From an uncultured Bacteroidales bacterium (GTDB lineage: Bacteria; Bacteroidota; Bacteroidia; Bacteroidales; Bacteroidaceae), in contig CADCBO010000011.1 in assembly GCA_902799685.1 (NCBI GenBank), positions 1,524 to 65,523 on the forward strand: 64,000 nucleotides of DNA, in the 5' to 3' direction. Numbering within the stretch: the first letter of the stretch is position 1; every line of letters starts with the position of its first letter. Shown piece by piece: positions 35,819 through 46,362 of this stretch. Under the pieces are notes generated by a model. The model saw only the letters and a program-made list of their open reading frames with translations, had not been told where the DNA came from and did no database searches. Made by a program: the position numbers and the translations under genes.

Positions 35819-38800
35819 TTATATTTTCTCTATCTGAAGTTTGAATGAATAATCATCAAACGATATGTCTTCACCCTGCTCCATTCCGGGAACAAGTTCA
35901 ATGCTGTCGGCCAGCACCTGACTCTTTATCCACTCCTCATACTCGCGGACAGCGGCATCGGTCTGGGGATTGGAATTCAGTTTGACGCGGATGCGGTCGG
36001 TTATCTCCAGACCGTTCTGCTTACGTGAATCCTGGATACGTTTCTTAAGCTCACGGGCTATACCCTCACGCTTGAGTTCATCGGTCAGCTGGATATCCAA
36101 TGCAACTGTAAGTGTACCCTCGTTGGCTACTACCCAACCCGGGATATCTTCGCTGAATATCTCCACCTCGGTGGTATCGACAGTGGCGGGAGTACCGTTG
36201 ATATCAAATGTAAAGCTGCCCTCCTGCTCCAGTCTGGCCACATCCTCCTGACTCATGTTCTGGACGGCAGCAGCAACGCCCTTCATGAGCGGGCCGAACT
36301 TCTTGCCCAGGATCTTGAAGTTGCACTTAACCTTCTTGACCAGAACGCTGGTTGCACCCTCAACGAACTCAATCTCCTTTACGTTAACCTGATCACGGAT
36401 AAGCTCCTTTACAGGTTCCAAATGTGAGCGGAGTTCGGCTGTTACCGGAATAAGTATCTTCTGCAACGGCTTGCGCACGTTTATCTTGACATCGTCACGC
36501 TTGCGCAGTGCCAGAACCATGGATGTAAGCTTCTGTGCCAACTCCATGCGTGTTTCAAGCTCCTTGTCAACCAGAGCATCATCGCATACAGGATAATCTG
36601 CCAGATGAACCGATACGGGAGCGCCCGGCTGGGCTACTGCGGTAAGGTCACGATACAGACGGTCTGCATAGAACGGCGCGATAGGTGACATCAGACGCGA
36701 TACTGTCTCAAGGCATGTATAGAGTGTCTGGTAAGCAGCCAACTTATCACTGCTCATGCTGCTGCCCCAGTAACGGTCACGGGTAAGGTGAACGTACCAG
36801 TTGGAGAGATAGTCATTCACGAAGTTCGTTATCAGACGGCCGGCACGTGTAGGCTCGTAATCATCAAGGCTCTCGCGTACTTCCTTGGTAAGTGAGTTGA
36901 GTTCACTCAGTATCCAGCGGTCCATAACAGGACGATCGGCTACTGCAATCTGTGCTGCAGAGTTGTCAAAACCATCCACATTGGCGTACTGTGCAAAAAA
37001 CTTGTATGTATTGTGCAGAGTGCCAAAGAACTTGCGGGTTACATCCTTGACGCCCTCCTCATCGAACTTGAGGTTATCCCAAGGCTGTGCGTTGGTTATC
37101 ATGTACCAGCGCAGGGCATCACTGCCAAACTGCTCAATCTCCTGGAACGGATCAACTGCATTACCCAGACGCTTGGACATCTTGTTGCCGTTCTTATCCA
37201 GAACCAGACCGTTTGAAATCACAGTCTTGAACGATACGCTATTCTTGACCATCGTGGCTATTGCGTGCAGCGTATAGAACCAACCGCGTGTCTGGTCCAC
37301 ACCCTCGGCAATGAAATCGGCCGGGAATACGGTGCCGTTATCAATGAGTTCCTTGTTCTCGAACGGATAGTGCATCTGGGCAAACGGCATAGCGCCGCTG
37401 TCAAACCATACGTCAATCAGGTCAAGCTCACGCTTCATTATGCGGCCGGAGCCAGATACCAGCACGATATCATCCACATACGGACGGTGCAGGTCAATCT
37501 TATCATAATTCTCTGCCGTATATACACCGGGCTGGAAACCTTTCTCCTTGAACGGATTGGACTTCATCACGCCGGCCTTGACAGCCTTCTCAATCTCATT
37601 GTAAAGTTCCTCTACTGAGCCGATGCACAGCTCGTCGCCCTCATCGTTGCGCCATATAGGCAACGGAGTACCCCAGTAGCGGCTGCGGCTCAGGTTCCAG
37701 TCATTCAGGTTCTCAAGCCACTTGCCAAACCTTCCGGTTCCGGTTGATTCCGGTTTCCACTTGATGGTATCATTCAGCTCCATCATACGCTCACGGGCAG
37801 CTGATGCCTTGATGAACCAGCTGTCCAACGGATAGTAGATGACCGGCTTGTCGGTACGCCAGCAGTGAGGATAGTTGTGCACGTGTTTCTCTATCTTGAA
37901 AGCAGTGCCTGCCTGCTTCATGCGGATGCAGATATATACGTTCAGGTCCTCGGCCTTGGATGCGGCAGCCTCATCGTACTTGCCGCCCACGTTGAACTTG
38001 GGATCGTATGCGTTCTTTACGAATGCACCCTGATACTCATTGTAGAGATCCTTGTCAATGCAGTTCTTTACAAAGTCAGGATCCAACTCATCCATGAGCC
38101 AGTACTTACCTGTAAAGTCAACCATAGGGCGGGTCTCCAACTTACGGTTCACCATAAAGAGTGACGGGATTCCTGCGGCCTTGGCCACGAATGCGTCATC
38201 GGCACCGAATGTGGGAGCTATATGTACTATGCCGGTACCGTCCTCGGTGGTAACATAATCACCGGGTATTACGCGGAAACCTGCATCGGAAATCTGTATT
38301 GTACCATCCTCGGCCTTGAATACGGGCTTTACCCAGGGGAAGAGCTGCTTGTAGTGCATACCCACCAGGTCAGAGCCCTTATACTCGGCTACAATCTGAT
38401 AAGGTATTACCTTGTCACCCTGAGTGTAGACATTCAGGTCAAGTTCTGCACCCTTGGGATCAAGATATGCACTGAGACGTTCCTTTGCCATCACGATGGT
38501 AACGGGTGCGCCGGTGTAGGGATTGTATGTGCGTACTGCTACATAATCAATCTTGTTACCTACGCAGAGAGCAGTATTTGAAGGCAGAGTCCAGGGAGTT
38601 GTAGTCCATGCCACGAAACAGGGAGTACCCCACCCCGTCATCTCGGGCTTGGGATCAGTCATCTCAAACTGAGCGGTAACAGTGGTATCCTTTACGTCAC
38701 GGTAACAGCCGGGCTGGTTGAGTTCATGGCTTGAAAGGCCTGTTCCTGCTGCAGGTGAGTAAGGCTGGATGGTATATCCTTTATAAAGATAACCCTTGCC

Positions 38801-39307
38801 GTAGAGCTGCTTGAGCAGCCACCACAGAGTCTCTATGTAACGGTTATCATAAGTAATGTAGGGATTGTCCAGGTCCACCCAGTAACCTATCTTCTGAGTA
38901 AGGTCACTCCAGTGCTCTTTGTATTTCATGACCTCGGTGCGGCAGTTCATGTTGTAGTCATCCACCGAGATTTTCTTACCTATATCCTCTTTTGTAATGC
39001 CGAGCTTCTTTTCAACTCCAAGCTCAACCGGCAGTCCGTGGGTATCCCAACCGGCCTTACGGTTAACCTGATAACCGCACATGGTCTTGTAACGGCAGAA
39101 TGTGTCCTTTATGGTACGGGCCATGACGTGATGGATACCGGGCATTCCGTTGGCCGAGGGAGGTCCCTCATAGAACACGAATGACGGATGACCTTCACGC
39201 TCTTTTATACTGCGGGCGAAAAGGTCTTCCTTTGTCCAATCCTCCAAAACGTCTTTGTTTACCTGTGACAGGTCAAGCTGTCCGCGTTCAGCAAACTTTT
39301 TCATCAC
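35819..39307 (-). CDS. ileS: Isoleucine--tRNA ligase
   Basis: HIGH-type motif PSANGMPGIHH and the KMSKR motif. Length is 1162 aa. Confidence 0.95.
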   Translation of the reverse strand: MMKKFAERGQLDLSQVNKDVLEDWTKEDLFARSIKEREGHPSFVFYEGPPSANGMPGIHHVMARTIKDTFCRYKTMCGYQVNRKAGWDTHGLPVELGVEKKLGITKEDIGKKISVDDYNMNCRTEVMKYKEHWSDLTQKIGYWVDLDNPYITYDNRYIETLWWLLKQLYGKGYLYKGYTIQPYSPAAGTGLSSHELNQPGCYRDVKDTTVTAQFEMTDPKPEMTGWGTPCFVAWTTTPWTLPSNTALCVGNKIDYVAVRTYNPYTGAPVTIVMAKERLSAYLDPKGAELDLNVYTQGDKVIPYQIVAEYKGSDLVGMHYKQLFPWVKPVFKAEDGTIQISDAGFRVIPGDYVTTEDGTGIVHIAPTFGADDAFVAKAAGIPSLFMVNRKLETRPMVDFTGKYWLMDELDPDFVKNCIDKDLYNEYQGAFVKNAYDPKFNVGGKYDEAAASKAEDLNVYICIRMKQAGTAFKIEKHVHNYPHCWRTDKPVIYYPLDSWFIKASAARERMMELNDTIKWKPESTGTGRFGKWLENLNDWNLSRSRYWGTPLPIWRNDEGDELCIGSVEELYNEIEKAVKAGVMKSNPFKEKGFQPGVYTAENYDKIDLHRPYVDDIVLVSGSGRIMKRELDLIDVWFDSGAMPFAQMHYPFENKELIDNGTVFPADFIAEGVDQTRGWFYTLHAIATMVKNSVSFKTVISNGLVLDKNGNKMSKRLGNAVDPFQEIEQFGSDALRWYMITNAQPWDNLKFDEEGVKDVTRKFFGTLHNTYKFFAQYANVDGFDNSAAQIAVADRPVMDRWILSELNSLTKEVRESLDDYEPTRAGRLITNFVNDYLSNWYVHLTRDRYWGSSMSSDKLAAYQTLYTCLETVSRLMSPIAPFYADRLYRDLTAVAQPGAPVSVHLADYPVCDDALVDKELETRMELAQKLTSMVLALRKRDDVKINVRKPLQKILIPVTAELRSHLEPVKELIRDQVNVKEIEFVEGATSVLVKKVKCNFKILGKKFGPLMKGVAAAVQNMSQEDVARLEQEGSFTFDINGTPATVDTTEVEIFSEDIPGWVVANEGTLTVALDIQLTDELKREGIARELKKRIQDSRKQNGLEITDRIRVKLNSNPQTDAAVREYEEWIKSQVLADSIELVPGMEQGEDISFDDYSFKLQIEKI

Positions 39308-39367
39308 AATTATCTGATATATAGGAATTTACAATGTTTCCACGAGCTCCCTGCCCGTAATTTGGCG

Positions 39368-39375
39368 CAAATTTA
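39368..39375 (-). promoter_or_regulatory. Candidate -7 box TAAATTTG for ileS
   Basis: Plus strand reads CAAATTTA, an exact TAnnTTTG on the minus strand, about 60 nt upstream of the ileS ATG. Confidence 0.3.
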
Positions 39376-39452
39376 CTCATTTTATTATAAAGATTGCAGA
39401 TGGCAGACATCATTTTTAGTAACTTCGCGGCTTGAAAAAGACATCCATCCAA

Positions 39453-40043
39453 ATGAATGTTGCAATAGTCAAATACAATGCAGGAAACATACGATCGGTG
39501 ATAGGCGCGCTGAACAGGCTTGGCGTGAACCCGCTGCTGACAGATAACGAGGAACAGCTGCGCAATGCCGACAAGGTGATATTTCCGGGTGTAGGTGAAG
39601 CCAGCACCACTATGGAGTATCTAAAGGCGCATGGTCTGGACCGCATAATCAAGGATTTGAAACAGCCTGTCCTGGGTATCTGTCTGGGCCAGCAGCTTAT
39701 GTGCAGCCACAGTGAGGAGGGCAATACGGATTGTCTTGGCATTTTTGGTGTTCCTGTGCTTAAATTCATACCGCAAAAGCATGAAGATAAAGTTCCCCAC
39801 ATGGGATGGAACACGATAGAGACTACCGGTGATGGTCTGTTCTGTGGATTCAGTAAACCTGAATACGTATATTTTGTACACAGTTTCTATGTGCCGGTCT
39901 GCAATTGGACCGCCGCAAAGAGTGATTATATACTCCCGTTCAGCGCATCGCTCCATAAGGATAACTTCTACGCTACCCAGTTCCACCCCGAGAAAAGCGG
40001 CGGCACAGGAGAGCGTATTCTTAAGAATTTTCTTGACATATAG
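39453..40043 (+). CDS. hisH: Imidazole glycerol phosphate synthase, glutaminase subunit
   Basis: GATase motifs GICLGQQ and FHPEKS. The ATG at 39453 is preferred over the TTG at 39432. Confidence 0.9.
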   Translation: MNVAIVKYNAGNIRSVIGALNRLGVNPLLTDNEEQLRNADKVIFPGVGEASTTMEYLKAHGLDRIIKDLKQPVLGICLGQQLMCSHSEEGNTDCLGIFGVPVLKFIPQKHEDKVPHMGWNTIETTGDGLFCGFSKPEYVYFVHSFYVPVCNWTAAKSDYILPFSASLHKDNFYATQFHPEKSGGTGERILKNFLDI

Positions 40044-40048
40044 CCACA

Positions 40049-40771
40049 ATGGAAATAGTTCCTGCAATAGATATAATTGACGGCAAATGCGTACGCCTGA
40101 CCAAGGGTGACTACAATGCGCAAAAGACCTACAGCGACAACCCGTTGGATATGGCGCTGCGCTTTCAGGATGCAGGCATACGCAGACTGCATCTGGTGGA
40201 TCTGGACGGAGCCCGCAGCAAGCATATAGTGAACTACCCCACCCTTGAAGCTATTGCCGGACACACCGACCTTACGGTAGATTTTGGGGGCGGAATCAAA
40301 ACCACCGTTGACCTTGAAACCGCTCTTGGATGCGGGGCATCAATGGTCACTGTAGGCAGCACCGCCGTAACCGACCCCGAGCTCATGTCAAAGTGGATTG
40401 AGGATTTTGGCCAGGAGCATATAATCTTGGGTGCCGACACACGTGACGGTATGATTTCAGTAAACGGCTGGAAAGAAGACAGTTCACTGAAACTCAGTGA
40501 CTTTATACGTGGTTATATGCAGAAAGGAATCACTCAGGTTCTCTGCACGGACATAAACCGTGACGGGATGCTGCAAGGCCCGGCGGTAGAGCTTTACAGG
40601 ACTCTGCTCAAGGAGTTTCCGGGCATAAAACTGATAGCCAGCGGAGGCGTAAGTTCAGTGCAGGACCTGACCAGCCTTAAAGAAGCCGGACTGCCTGCAG
40701 CCATAGTGGGCAAAGCTTACTATGAGGGCCGCATAACATTGGAACAGTTATCCCAACTTAGCCAAGAATAA
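40049..40771 (+). CDS. hisA: ProFAR isomerase
   Basis: N-terminus IVPAIDIIDGKCVRL, 240 aa, located between hisH and hisF. Confidence 0.9.
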   Translation: MEIVPAIDIIDGKCVRLTKGDYNAQKTYSDNPLDMALRFQDAGIRRLHLVDLDGARSKHIVNYPTLEAIAGHTDLTVDFGGGIKTTVDLETALGCGASMVTVGSTAVTDPELMSKWIEDFGQEHIILGADTRDGMISVNGWKEDSSLKLSDFIRGYMQKGITQVLCTDINRDGMLQGPAVELYRTLLKEFPGIKLIASGGVSSVQDLTSLKEAGLPAAIVGKAYYEGRITLEQLSQLSQE

Positions 40772-40774
40772 GCC

Positions 40775-41530
40775 ATGTTAGCCAAGAGAATAATTCCCTG
40801 CCTTGATATATGCAACGGACGCACTGTAAAGGGCACCAACTTTGTGAATCTGCGTGATGCAGGAGACCCAGTAGAGTTGGGCCGTCTGTACAGCGAACAG
40901 GGTGCCGACGAGCTGACATTCCTGGACATTACTGCATCTTTTGAAGGTAGAAAAACTTTTACAGAATTGGTTGAGCGGATAGCGGCCAACATATCAATTC
41001 CTTTCACCGTGGGCGGAGGCATACATGAGCTGAAGGATGTGGAGCGTCTGCTCAGTGCCGGAGCTGACAAAGTATCGGTAAACTCGGCTGCAATCAAGAA
41101 TCCGGATCTGATCGACCAGATTGCACTTAATTTTGGATCACAGGTATGCGTGGTGGCAATCGATGCCAAACAGACAACTGAAGGCTGGCGCTGTTTCCTG
41201 AATGGAGGCCGTGTACCCACAGACCGTATGCTATTTGAATGGGCAAAAGAGGCCAATGACCGCGGTGCCGGCGAGATTCTCTTTACCAGCATGGACCATG
41301 ACGGAGTAAAGCAGGGATACGCCAATGAAGCATTAAGGCAACTATCAGATGAACTGACAATACCGGTGATAGCATCGGGCGGAGCAGGCAGGAAAGAGCA
41401 TTTCCGCGACGCTTTCATAGAGGGTCATGCCGATGCCGCACTGGCCGCAAGCGTTTTTCACTTTGGTGAGATACCGATTCCCGAATTAAAGCAGTACCTT
41501 TGCAGTTCGAAAATTCCAATAAGATTATAA
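40775..41530 (+). CDS. hisF: Imidazole glycerol phosphate synthase, cyclase subunit
   Basis: N-terminus RIIPCLDI, then ...GADKVS.NSAA and ...ASGGAG. Length is 251 aa. Confidence 0.9.
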   Translation: MLAKRIIPCLDICNGRTVKGTNFVNLRDAGDPVELGRLYSEQGADELTFLDITASFEGRKTFTELVERIAANISIPFTVGGGIHELKDVERLLSAGADKVSVNSAAIKNPDLIDQIALNFGSQVCVVAIDAKQTTEGWRCFLNGGRVPTDRMLFEWAKEANDRGAGEILFTSMDHDGVKQGYANEALRQLSDELTIPVIASGGAGRKEHFRDAFIEGHADAALAASVFHFGEIPIPELKQYLCSSKIPIRL

Positions 41531-41538
41531 ATATACCA

Positions 41539-42135
41539 ATGGATATCAATTTTGAGAAAATGGGCGGCCTTGTACCCGCCATCGTTCAGGACAATGTTAC
41601 ACGCAAGGTCCTGATGCTTGGTTTTATGAACAAGGAGGCCTATGACAAGACCGTCGAGACCGGAAAAGTCACATTCTGGAGCCGCACCAGAAACTGCCTT
41701 TGGACCAAAGGCGAGACCAGCGGCAACTTTCTGAACGTAAAGGAGATACTCCTGGACTGCGACCAGGACACCCTGCTTATCAAGGCACGTCCCGACGGTC
41801 CGGTTTGCCATACCGGTGCAGACACCTGCTGGAACGAGCAGAATTCCGTTGACCTGAATTTCCTCTCTTATCTACAGGATTTCATAGAGCGCCGTTACAA
41901 GGAGATGCCCGAGGGCTCATACACCACATCACTGTTCAAGAGCGGAGTGAACCGCATGGCACAGAAGGTAGGCGAAGAGGCTGTTGAGACCGTCATAGAG
42001 GCTACCAACGGCACCGATGACCGCCTGATCTATGAGGCATCGGACCTGATTTATCACCTCATAGTGCTGCTCACGTCAAAGGGACACCGCATTGAGGAGC
42101 TGGCCGCAGAACTGGTAAAACGCCACAAGGAATAA
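41539..42135 (+). CDS. hisIE: Bifunctional phosphoribosyl-AMP cyclohydrolase / phosphoribosyl-ATP pyrophosphatase
   Basis: HisI part (GLVPAIVQD, SRTR..LW.KGETSG) fused to a HisE part (EE..E...A). The ATG at 41539 is preferred. Confidence 0.9.
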   Translation: MDINFEKMGGLVPAIVQDNVTRKVLMLGFMNKEAYDKTVETGKVTFWSRTRNCLWTKGETSGNFLNVKEILLDCDQDTLLIKARPDGPVCHTGADTCWNEQNSVDLNFLSYLQDFIERRYKEMPEGSYTTSLFKSGVNRMAQKVGEEAVETVIEATNGTDDRLIYEASDLIYHLIVLLTSKGHRIEELAAELVKRHKE

Positions 42136-42146
42136 ACCGCCATAAA

Positions 42147-42872
42147 ATGGATATAATAGATTACAGAAACGTTGAGGTGCGTCAGGAGGACATGTATGTC
42201 CTGGGCGACGTGACTTTTACAGTGCAGGAGGGCGATTTTGTCTATCTGATAGGCAAAGTAGGGTCCGGCAAGAGCTCACTGTTCAAGACCCTGTACTGTG
42301 AGCTGGACGTGCTCTGCTCCATGCCTGACAGCCACGCAATTGTGCTTGGCATGGACCTGATGGAAATGAAAAAACGCCATATTCCGCGTCTGCGCCGCCA
42401 GATGGGAATCGTGTTCCAGGATTTCCAGCTGCTTACAGACCGTAACGTTTTTGATAATCTGAGCTTTGTGCTCAAGTCCACGGGCTGGAAGGACAAGAAA
42501 CTCATACACCAGAAGATTTTCCAGGTCCTGACTATGGTGGGAATGGACACCAAAGGCTACAAGATGCCGCACGAGCTTTCAGGCGGAGAGCAGCAGCGTA
42601 TATGCATAGCACGCGCCCTGCTTAACGACCCCAAGCTGATTCTGGCCGACGAGCCTACAGGCAATCTTGACCCGGAGACAGGCCATCAGATCATGGAGAT
42701 ACTGCACAAAGTGGGACAGAGCGGAACAACCATACTTATGATTACCCACAACCTGCAATGGATTGAGGAGTTCCCCGGCCGCGTGTTCAAGTGCGAGGGC
42801 CGCAAACTCCTGGTAGATGCCGACGCCACTATGGCTCAAGAGCAAGAGGAAATAACCGAAAAACAACAATAA
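42147..42872 (+). CDS. ABC-transporter ATP-binding protein, FtsE-like
   Basis: Walker [10 protein letters not shown], signature LSGGEQQR and Walker B LILADEPT. No adjacent permease gene. Confidence 0.65.
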   Translation: MDIIDYRNVEVRQEDMYVLGDVTFTVQEGDFVYLIGKVGSGKSSLFKTLYCELDVLCSMPDSHAIVLGMDLMEMKKRHIPRLRRQMGIVFQDFQLLTDRNVFDNLSFVLKSTGWKDKKLIHQKIFQVLTMVGMDTKGYKMPHELSGGEQQRICIARALLNDPKLILADEPTGNLDPETGHQIMEILHKVGQSGTTILMITHNLQWIEEFPGRVFKCEGRKLLVDADATMAQEQEEITEKQQ

Positions 42873-42878
42873 CATAAC

Positions 42879-44201
42879 ATGAAAGTATTGAAATTCGGAG
42901 GCACATCAGTAGGAAGCCCCGAGAGAATGAAAGAGGTGAGCCGCCTTATCACTGAAGACGGACAGCAGAAACTGGTAGTCCTGTCGGCCATGTCTGGCAC
43001 CACAAACTCACTTGTAGAGATAGCCCAGTACCTTTACGGAGGCAACAAAGCCGGTGCAGATGACGTAATAAACCGCCTTCGCGCCAAGTACTACGCACAC
43101 GTTCCCGAGTTGCTTGCCAAGAAAGAGAGCCAGGATGACGTACAGAAGTTCCTTGAAGACAAGTTCTCATACCTGCAGTCATTCTCCAAAGACAATTTCA
43201 CTGAAAAAGAGGAGAAAATCATACTTGCCCAAGGCGAGTTGATCTCAACATACATGGTAACCAGCTACCTAAAGGAGCAGGGTATCAAGGCCGCCCTACT
43301 GCCCGCGCTGGATTTCATGAAGACAGATGCCGATGCAGAGCCCGACATGAATTTCATTGCCAAGCATGCAGCAAAGGCATTGAGCGCAGTTCCCGGAATG
43401 CAGATATACATAACCCAGGGATTCATCTGCCGTAACGCAAACGGTGATATTGACAACCTGCAGCGCGGCGGAAGCGACTATACCGCATCAATCTTGGGCG
43501 CAGCCATCAAGGCCGATGAGATTCAGATCTGGACAGACATTGACGGCATGCACAACAATGATCCCCGTGTAGTTGACAACACCCAGCCTGTACGTCATCT
43601 GCATTTTGAAGAGGCAGCCGAGTTGGCCTATTTTGGAGCCAAGATACTCCACCCCACCTGCATACAGCCCGCCAAGGCAGCCAACATACCGGTGCGTCTG
43701 CTCAACACAATGGAGCCCACCGCTCCCGGCACGCTCATAGACAACCGCTCCGAGCCAGGCCGCATAGCAGCTGTGGCCGCCAAGGAGAATATCACCGCAA
43801 TCAAGATAAAGTCAAGCCGAATGCTGCTGGCGCATGGTTTCCTTAAGAAGGTATTCGAGGTATTTGAGACCCACCGCACATCGATTGACATGATATGCAC
43901 ATCAGAGGTTGGTGTTTCAATGTCAATAGACAACACCAAGCATTTGGAGGATATCGTTGCCGAACTGAAAAAGTACGGTACGGTGACAGTTGACAAGGAC
44001 ATGTGCATCATCTGCGTGGTAGGCGATATGGTTTGGGAGAACCTGGGATTCGAGTCCCGCGCCCTGGATGCCCTGGCAGACATCCCCGTACGTATGATAT
44101 CCTACGGCGGAAGCAACTACAACATCTCATTCCTGGTTAAGGGAACAGACAAGAAAGCCGCTCTGCAGCGCCTTAGTAACGTACTATTCAACAGCAAATA
44201 A
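42879..44201 (+). CDS. lysC: Aspartate kinase
   Basis: N-terminus KVLKFGGTSV. 440 aa with C-terminal ACT-type region. Confidence 0.9.
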   Translation: MKVLKFGGTSVGSPERMKEVSRLITEDGQQKLVVLSAMSGTTNSLVEIAQYLYGGNKAGADDVINRLRAKYYAHVPELLAKKESQDDVQKFLEDKFSYLQSFSKDNFTEKEEKIILAQGELISTYMVTSYLKEQGIKAALLPALDFMKTDADAEPDMNFIAKHAAKALSAVPGMQIYITQGFICRNANGDIDNLQRGGSDYTASILGAAIKADEIQIWTDIDGMHNNDPRVVDNTQPVRHLHFEEAAELAYFGAKILHPTCIQPAKAANIPVRLLNTMEPTAPGTLIDNRSEPGRIAAVAAKENITAIKIKSSRMLLAHGFLKKVFEVFETHRTSIDMICTSEVGVSMSIDNTKHLEDIVAELKKYGTVTVDKDMCIICVVGDMVWENLGFESRALDALADIPVRMISYGGSNYNISFLVKGTDKKAALQRLSNVLFNSK

Positions 44202-44202
44202 G

Positions 44203-45321
44203 ATGCGCACACCCTATTACCAGTATGACCTGGGGATATTGGAGAACACCCTCAAGGCAATAGAAGAGTGCATGGGCGGCACCCCTGACTGGCACATGCA
44301 TTATGCCATCAAGGCCAACGCAAATCCCCTGCTGCTCAAACATATCAATGAGTACGGCTTAGGCATAGACTGCGTAAGCGGCGGTGAGATACAGACTGCA
44401 CTTGACAACGGATTCCCCGCATCATCAATAGTGTTTGCAGGCGTTGGCAAGGCTGACTGGGAGATAGACCTGGCACTCAACGCCAGCATCCTGTGCTTTA
44501 ACGTAGAATCCGAGGCAGAACTGGATGTGATCGCAGAGCGTTGCACCATTCTTGGCAAGACAGCCCACATAGCATTGCGCGTAAATCCCGATGTGGATGC
44601 CCACACCCACGCCAACATCACCACCGGCAAGGCAGAGAACAAGTTCGGCATAGAGATTCCAGTGCTCATGCCCATAATCCGCAAGGCACAGCAGAACCCC
44701 TGCTTCAGGTTTGAGGGATTACACTTCCACATAGGTTCACAGATACTTGACATGGAGCCGTTCCGTCTGCTCTGCCAAAAGGTCAATGACCTGCAGGACA
44801 AGCTTGAGGCCCAAGGAATAAAGCTTAACAGCATCAACGTTGGCGGCGGTCTGGGAGTGGATTATGACAATCCAATGGATAATCCCGTTCCTGATTTCAA
44901 GCAGTTCTTTGAAGTATTCCGTAATGAACTCAAACTCCGTCCGGGCCAGCAGCTTCACTTTGAGCTGGGCCGCGCCATAGTTGCCCAGTGCGGACGCCTA
45001 GTGACGAAAGTGTTATATGTAAAGCAGGGAACCATAAAGAAGTTTGCCATAGTGGATGCCGGATTTACCGAACTGATACGCCCCGCGCTGTATGGAGCGC
45101 ATCACAAGATAGTGAACCTGAGCTCAAACGGCCCATTGCAGAAGTATGACGTGGTAGGTCCCATCTGTGAGTCATCGGACATATTCGGAAAAGATGAGAT
45201 GCTGCCCGAGGTTCACCGCGGTGACCTGATAGCACTCATGAGCGCCGGAGCATACGGCGAGACCATGGCATCCCAGTACAACTGCCGCCCGCTGCCCCCG
45301 TCTGAGGCCGGTAAGTTCTGA
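44203..45321 (+). CDS. lysA: Diaminopimelate decarboxylase
   Basis: Motifs YAIKAN (PLP Lys), ELGRAIVA and GPICESSD. Confidence 0.9.
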   Translation: MRTPYYQYDLGILENTLKAIEECMGGTPDWHMHYAIKANANPLLLKHINEYGLGIDCVSGGEIQTALDNGFPASSIVFAGVGKADWEIDLALNASILCFNVESEAELDVIAERCTILGKTAHIALRVNPDVDAHTHANITTGKAENKFGIEIPVLMPIIRKAQQNPCFRFEGLHFHIGSQILDMEPFRLLCQKVNDLQDKLEAQGIKLNSINVGGGLGVDYDNPMDNPVPDFKQFFEVFRNELKLRPGQQLHFELGRAIVAQCGRLVTKVLYVKQGTIKKFAIVDAGFTELIRPALYGAHHKIVNLSSNGPLQKYDVVGPICESSDIFGKDEMLPEVHRGDLIALMSAGAYGETMASQYNCRPLPPSEAGKF

Positions 45322-46362
45322 TCAGAACTTGTAAAGCAGGCCTACCGAAAGAGGTACATCGGCATAAAGGTCATCCTTGTAGTTGAACACCCCCACTCCA
45401 AGACCCAGGTCAACGGCCAGATTCCTGGTCACGGATATGTCATAGCCCAGCTGACAGGTAAGGAAATTCTCCACATGAGTGCCGGTGTCAGGCTTGAAAT
45501 GGAATGACAGTGAGAATGCCCCCAGTTCCAGGCCTGCGCCCAGGCTCCATGTCAAACGCCTGTCAAATACATCAGGATGATTAAGGGATCCGGTGCAGTA
45601 TCCCAGGTCGCCCATGAGCGAGAATCCGCCGTAATTGCCGAACCGGTACTTGAACTGCATCACGTCACGCACATTGCCCGTCTGGAAGAAATACTGCACC
45701 TGAGGCGAAAAGGAGAAATACGGGAAACGGTCATCGGGCTCATCCCAATGGTCAATTACAGCCACAAGCATACCTGCTGATGCTACAGCCACCGCAGCGG
45801 CACCAATGAGCAGAGCTGTGTCATCCAGCTTGTCCAGATCCAGGTCCGGAGCCTTAGACTTATTGGTATTTGAATAACGGCTTGAGCTGGGGGTCCAGTC
45901 ATTATAGGTACGGTTATTGTAGTAACGTGCCCTGTGAATGGCATCAAACCAGAATATGTCATGATAGAAATCAAACAGGTCAACTAACAGCATGGCCAGT
46001 ACGGGGTCATCGGGATCAGTTGTACTGTATCTTTTGCCTTCGGCATCCAGAGTACTGTAAATAATATTATCTATCACCACCTCCTTGACTGGCTTTTCTA
46101 CAGGTATAGGGTCCAGGACCTGGGCAACGGTATCGGGCATGACCAGGTCATACATCACTGACTTGGTTTTGTCATTATATATGAAATGAAACTGAGCCGT
46201 AACCTGGGCAGGACAGTTCTTGTACATGGTCAGATAATCCTTGCCGTCCTGTGCGGTATGGACCTCACCCCAAACCATAATGTTTGTCTTCTCCTTTTTC
46301 TTACCGGATATTGATACAAAAGGCAACATTACTGCCAAAACCAGAAACAGATACTTTTTCAT
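45322..46362 (-). CDS. Uncharacterised secreted / outer-membrane protein with beta-barrel-like C-terminus
   Basis: Signal peptide MKKYLFLVLAVMLPFVSISG, internal hydrophobic stretch LLIGAAAVAVASAGMLVAVI, and a Gly/aromatic-rich C-terminal region ending ..GLLYKF. Start moved to the Met preceding the signal peptide. Confidence 0.55.
   Translation of the reverse strand: MKKYLFLVLAVMLPFVSISGKKKEKTNIMVWGEVHTAQDGKDYLTMYKNCPAQVTAQFHFIYNDKTKSVMYDLVMPDTVAQVLDPIPVEKPVKEVVIDNIIYSTLDAEGKRYSTTDPDDPVLAMLLVDLFDFYHDIFWFDAIHRARYYNNRTYNDWTPSSSRYSNTNKSKAPDLDLDKLDDTALLIGAAAVAVASAGMLVAVIDHWDEPDDRFPYFSFSPQVQYFFQTGNVRDVMQFKYRFGNYGGFSLMGDLGYCTGSLNHPDVFDRRLTWSLGAGLELGAFSLSFHFKPDTGTHVENFLTCQLGYDISVTRNLAVDLGLGVGVFNYKDDLYADVPLSVGLLYKF

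Noticed and set aside
40720-41418. 232-aa minus-strand ORF opposite hisF. Similar cases are 49881-50549 opposite the antiporter, 11128-11709 opposite pyrI, 4831-5451 opposite glgB, and 22802-23356 and 62336-62893 opposite kinase 2 and lepA.
   Set aside because: All are shadows of genes with strong motif support, and none has recognisable motifs.
42873-42878. Lysine riboswitch or leader upstream of lysC, his-operon leader upstream of hisH, T-box upstream of ileS
   Set aside because: Only 6 nt separate lysC from the preceding gene. The hisH and ileS upstream regions (39308-39452) show no conserved riboswitch, T-box or attenuator-like structure.
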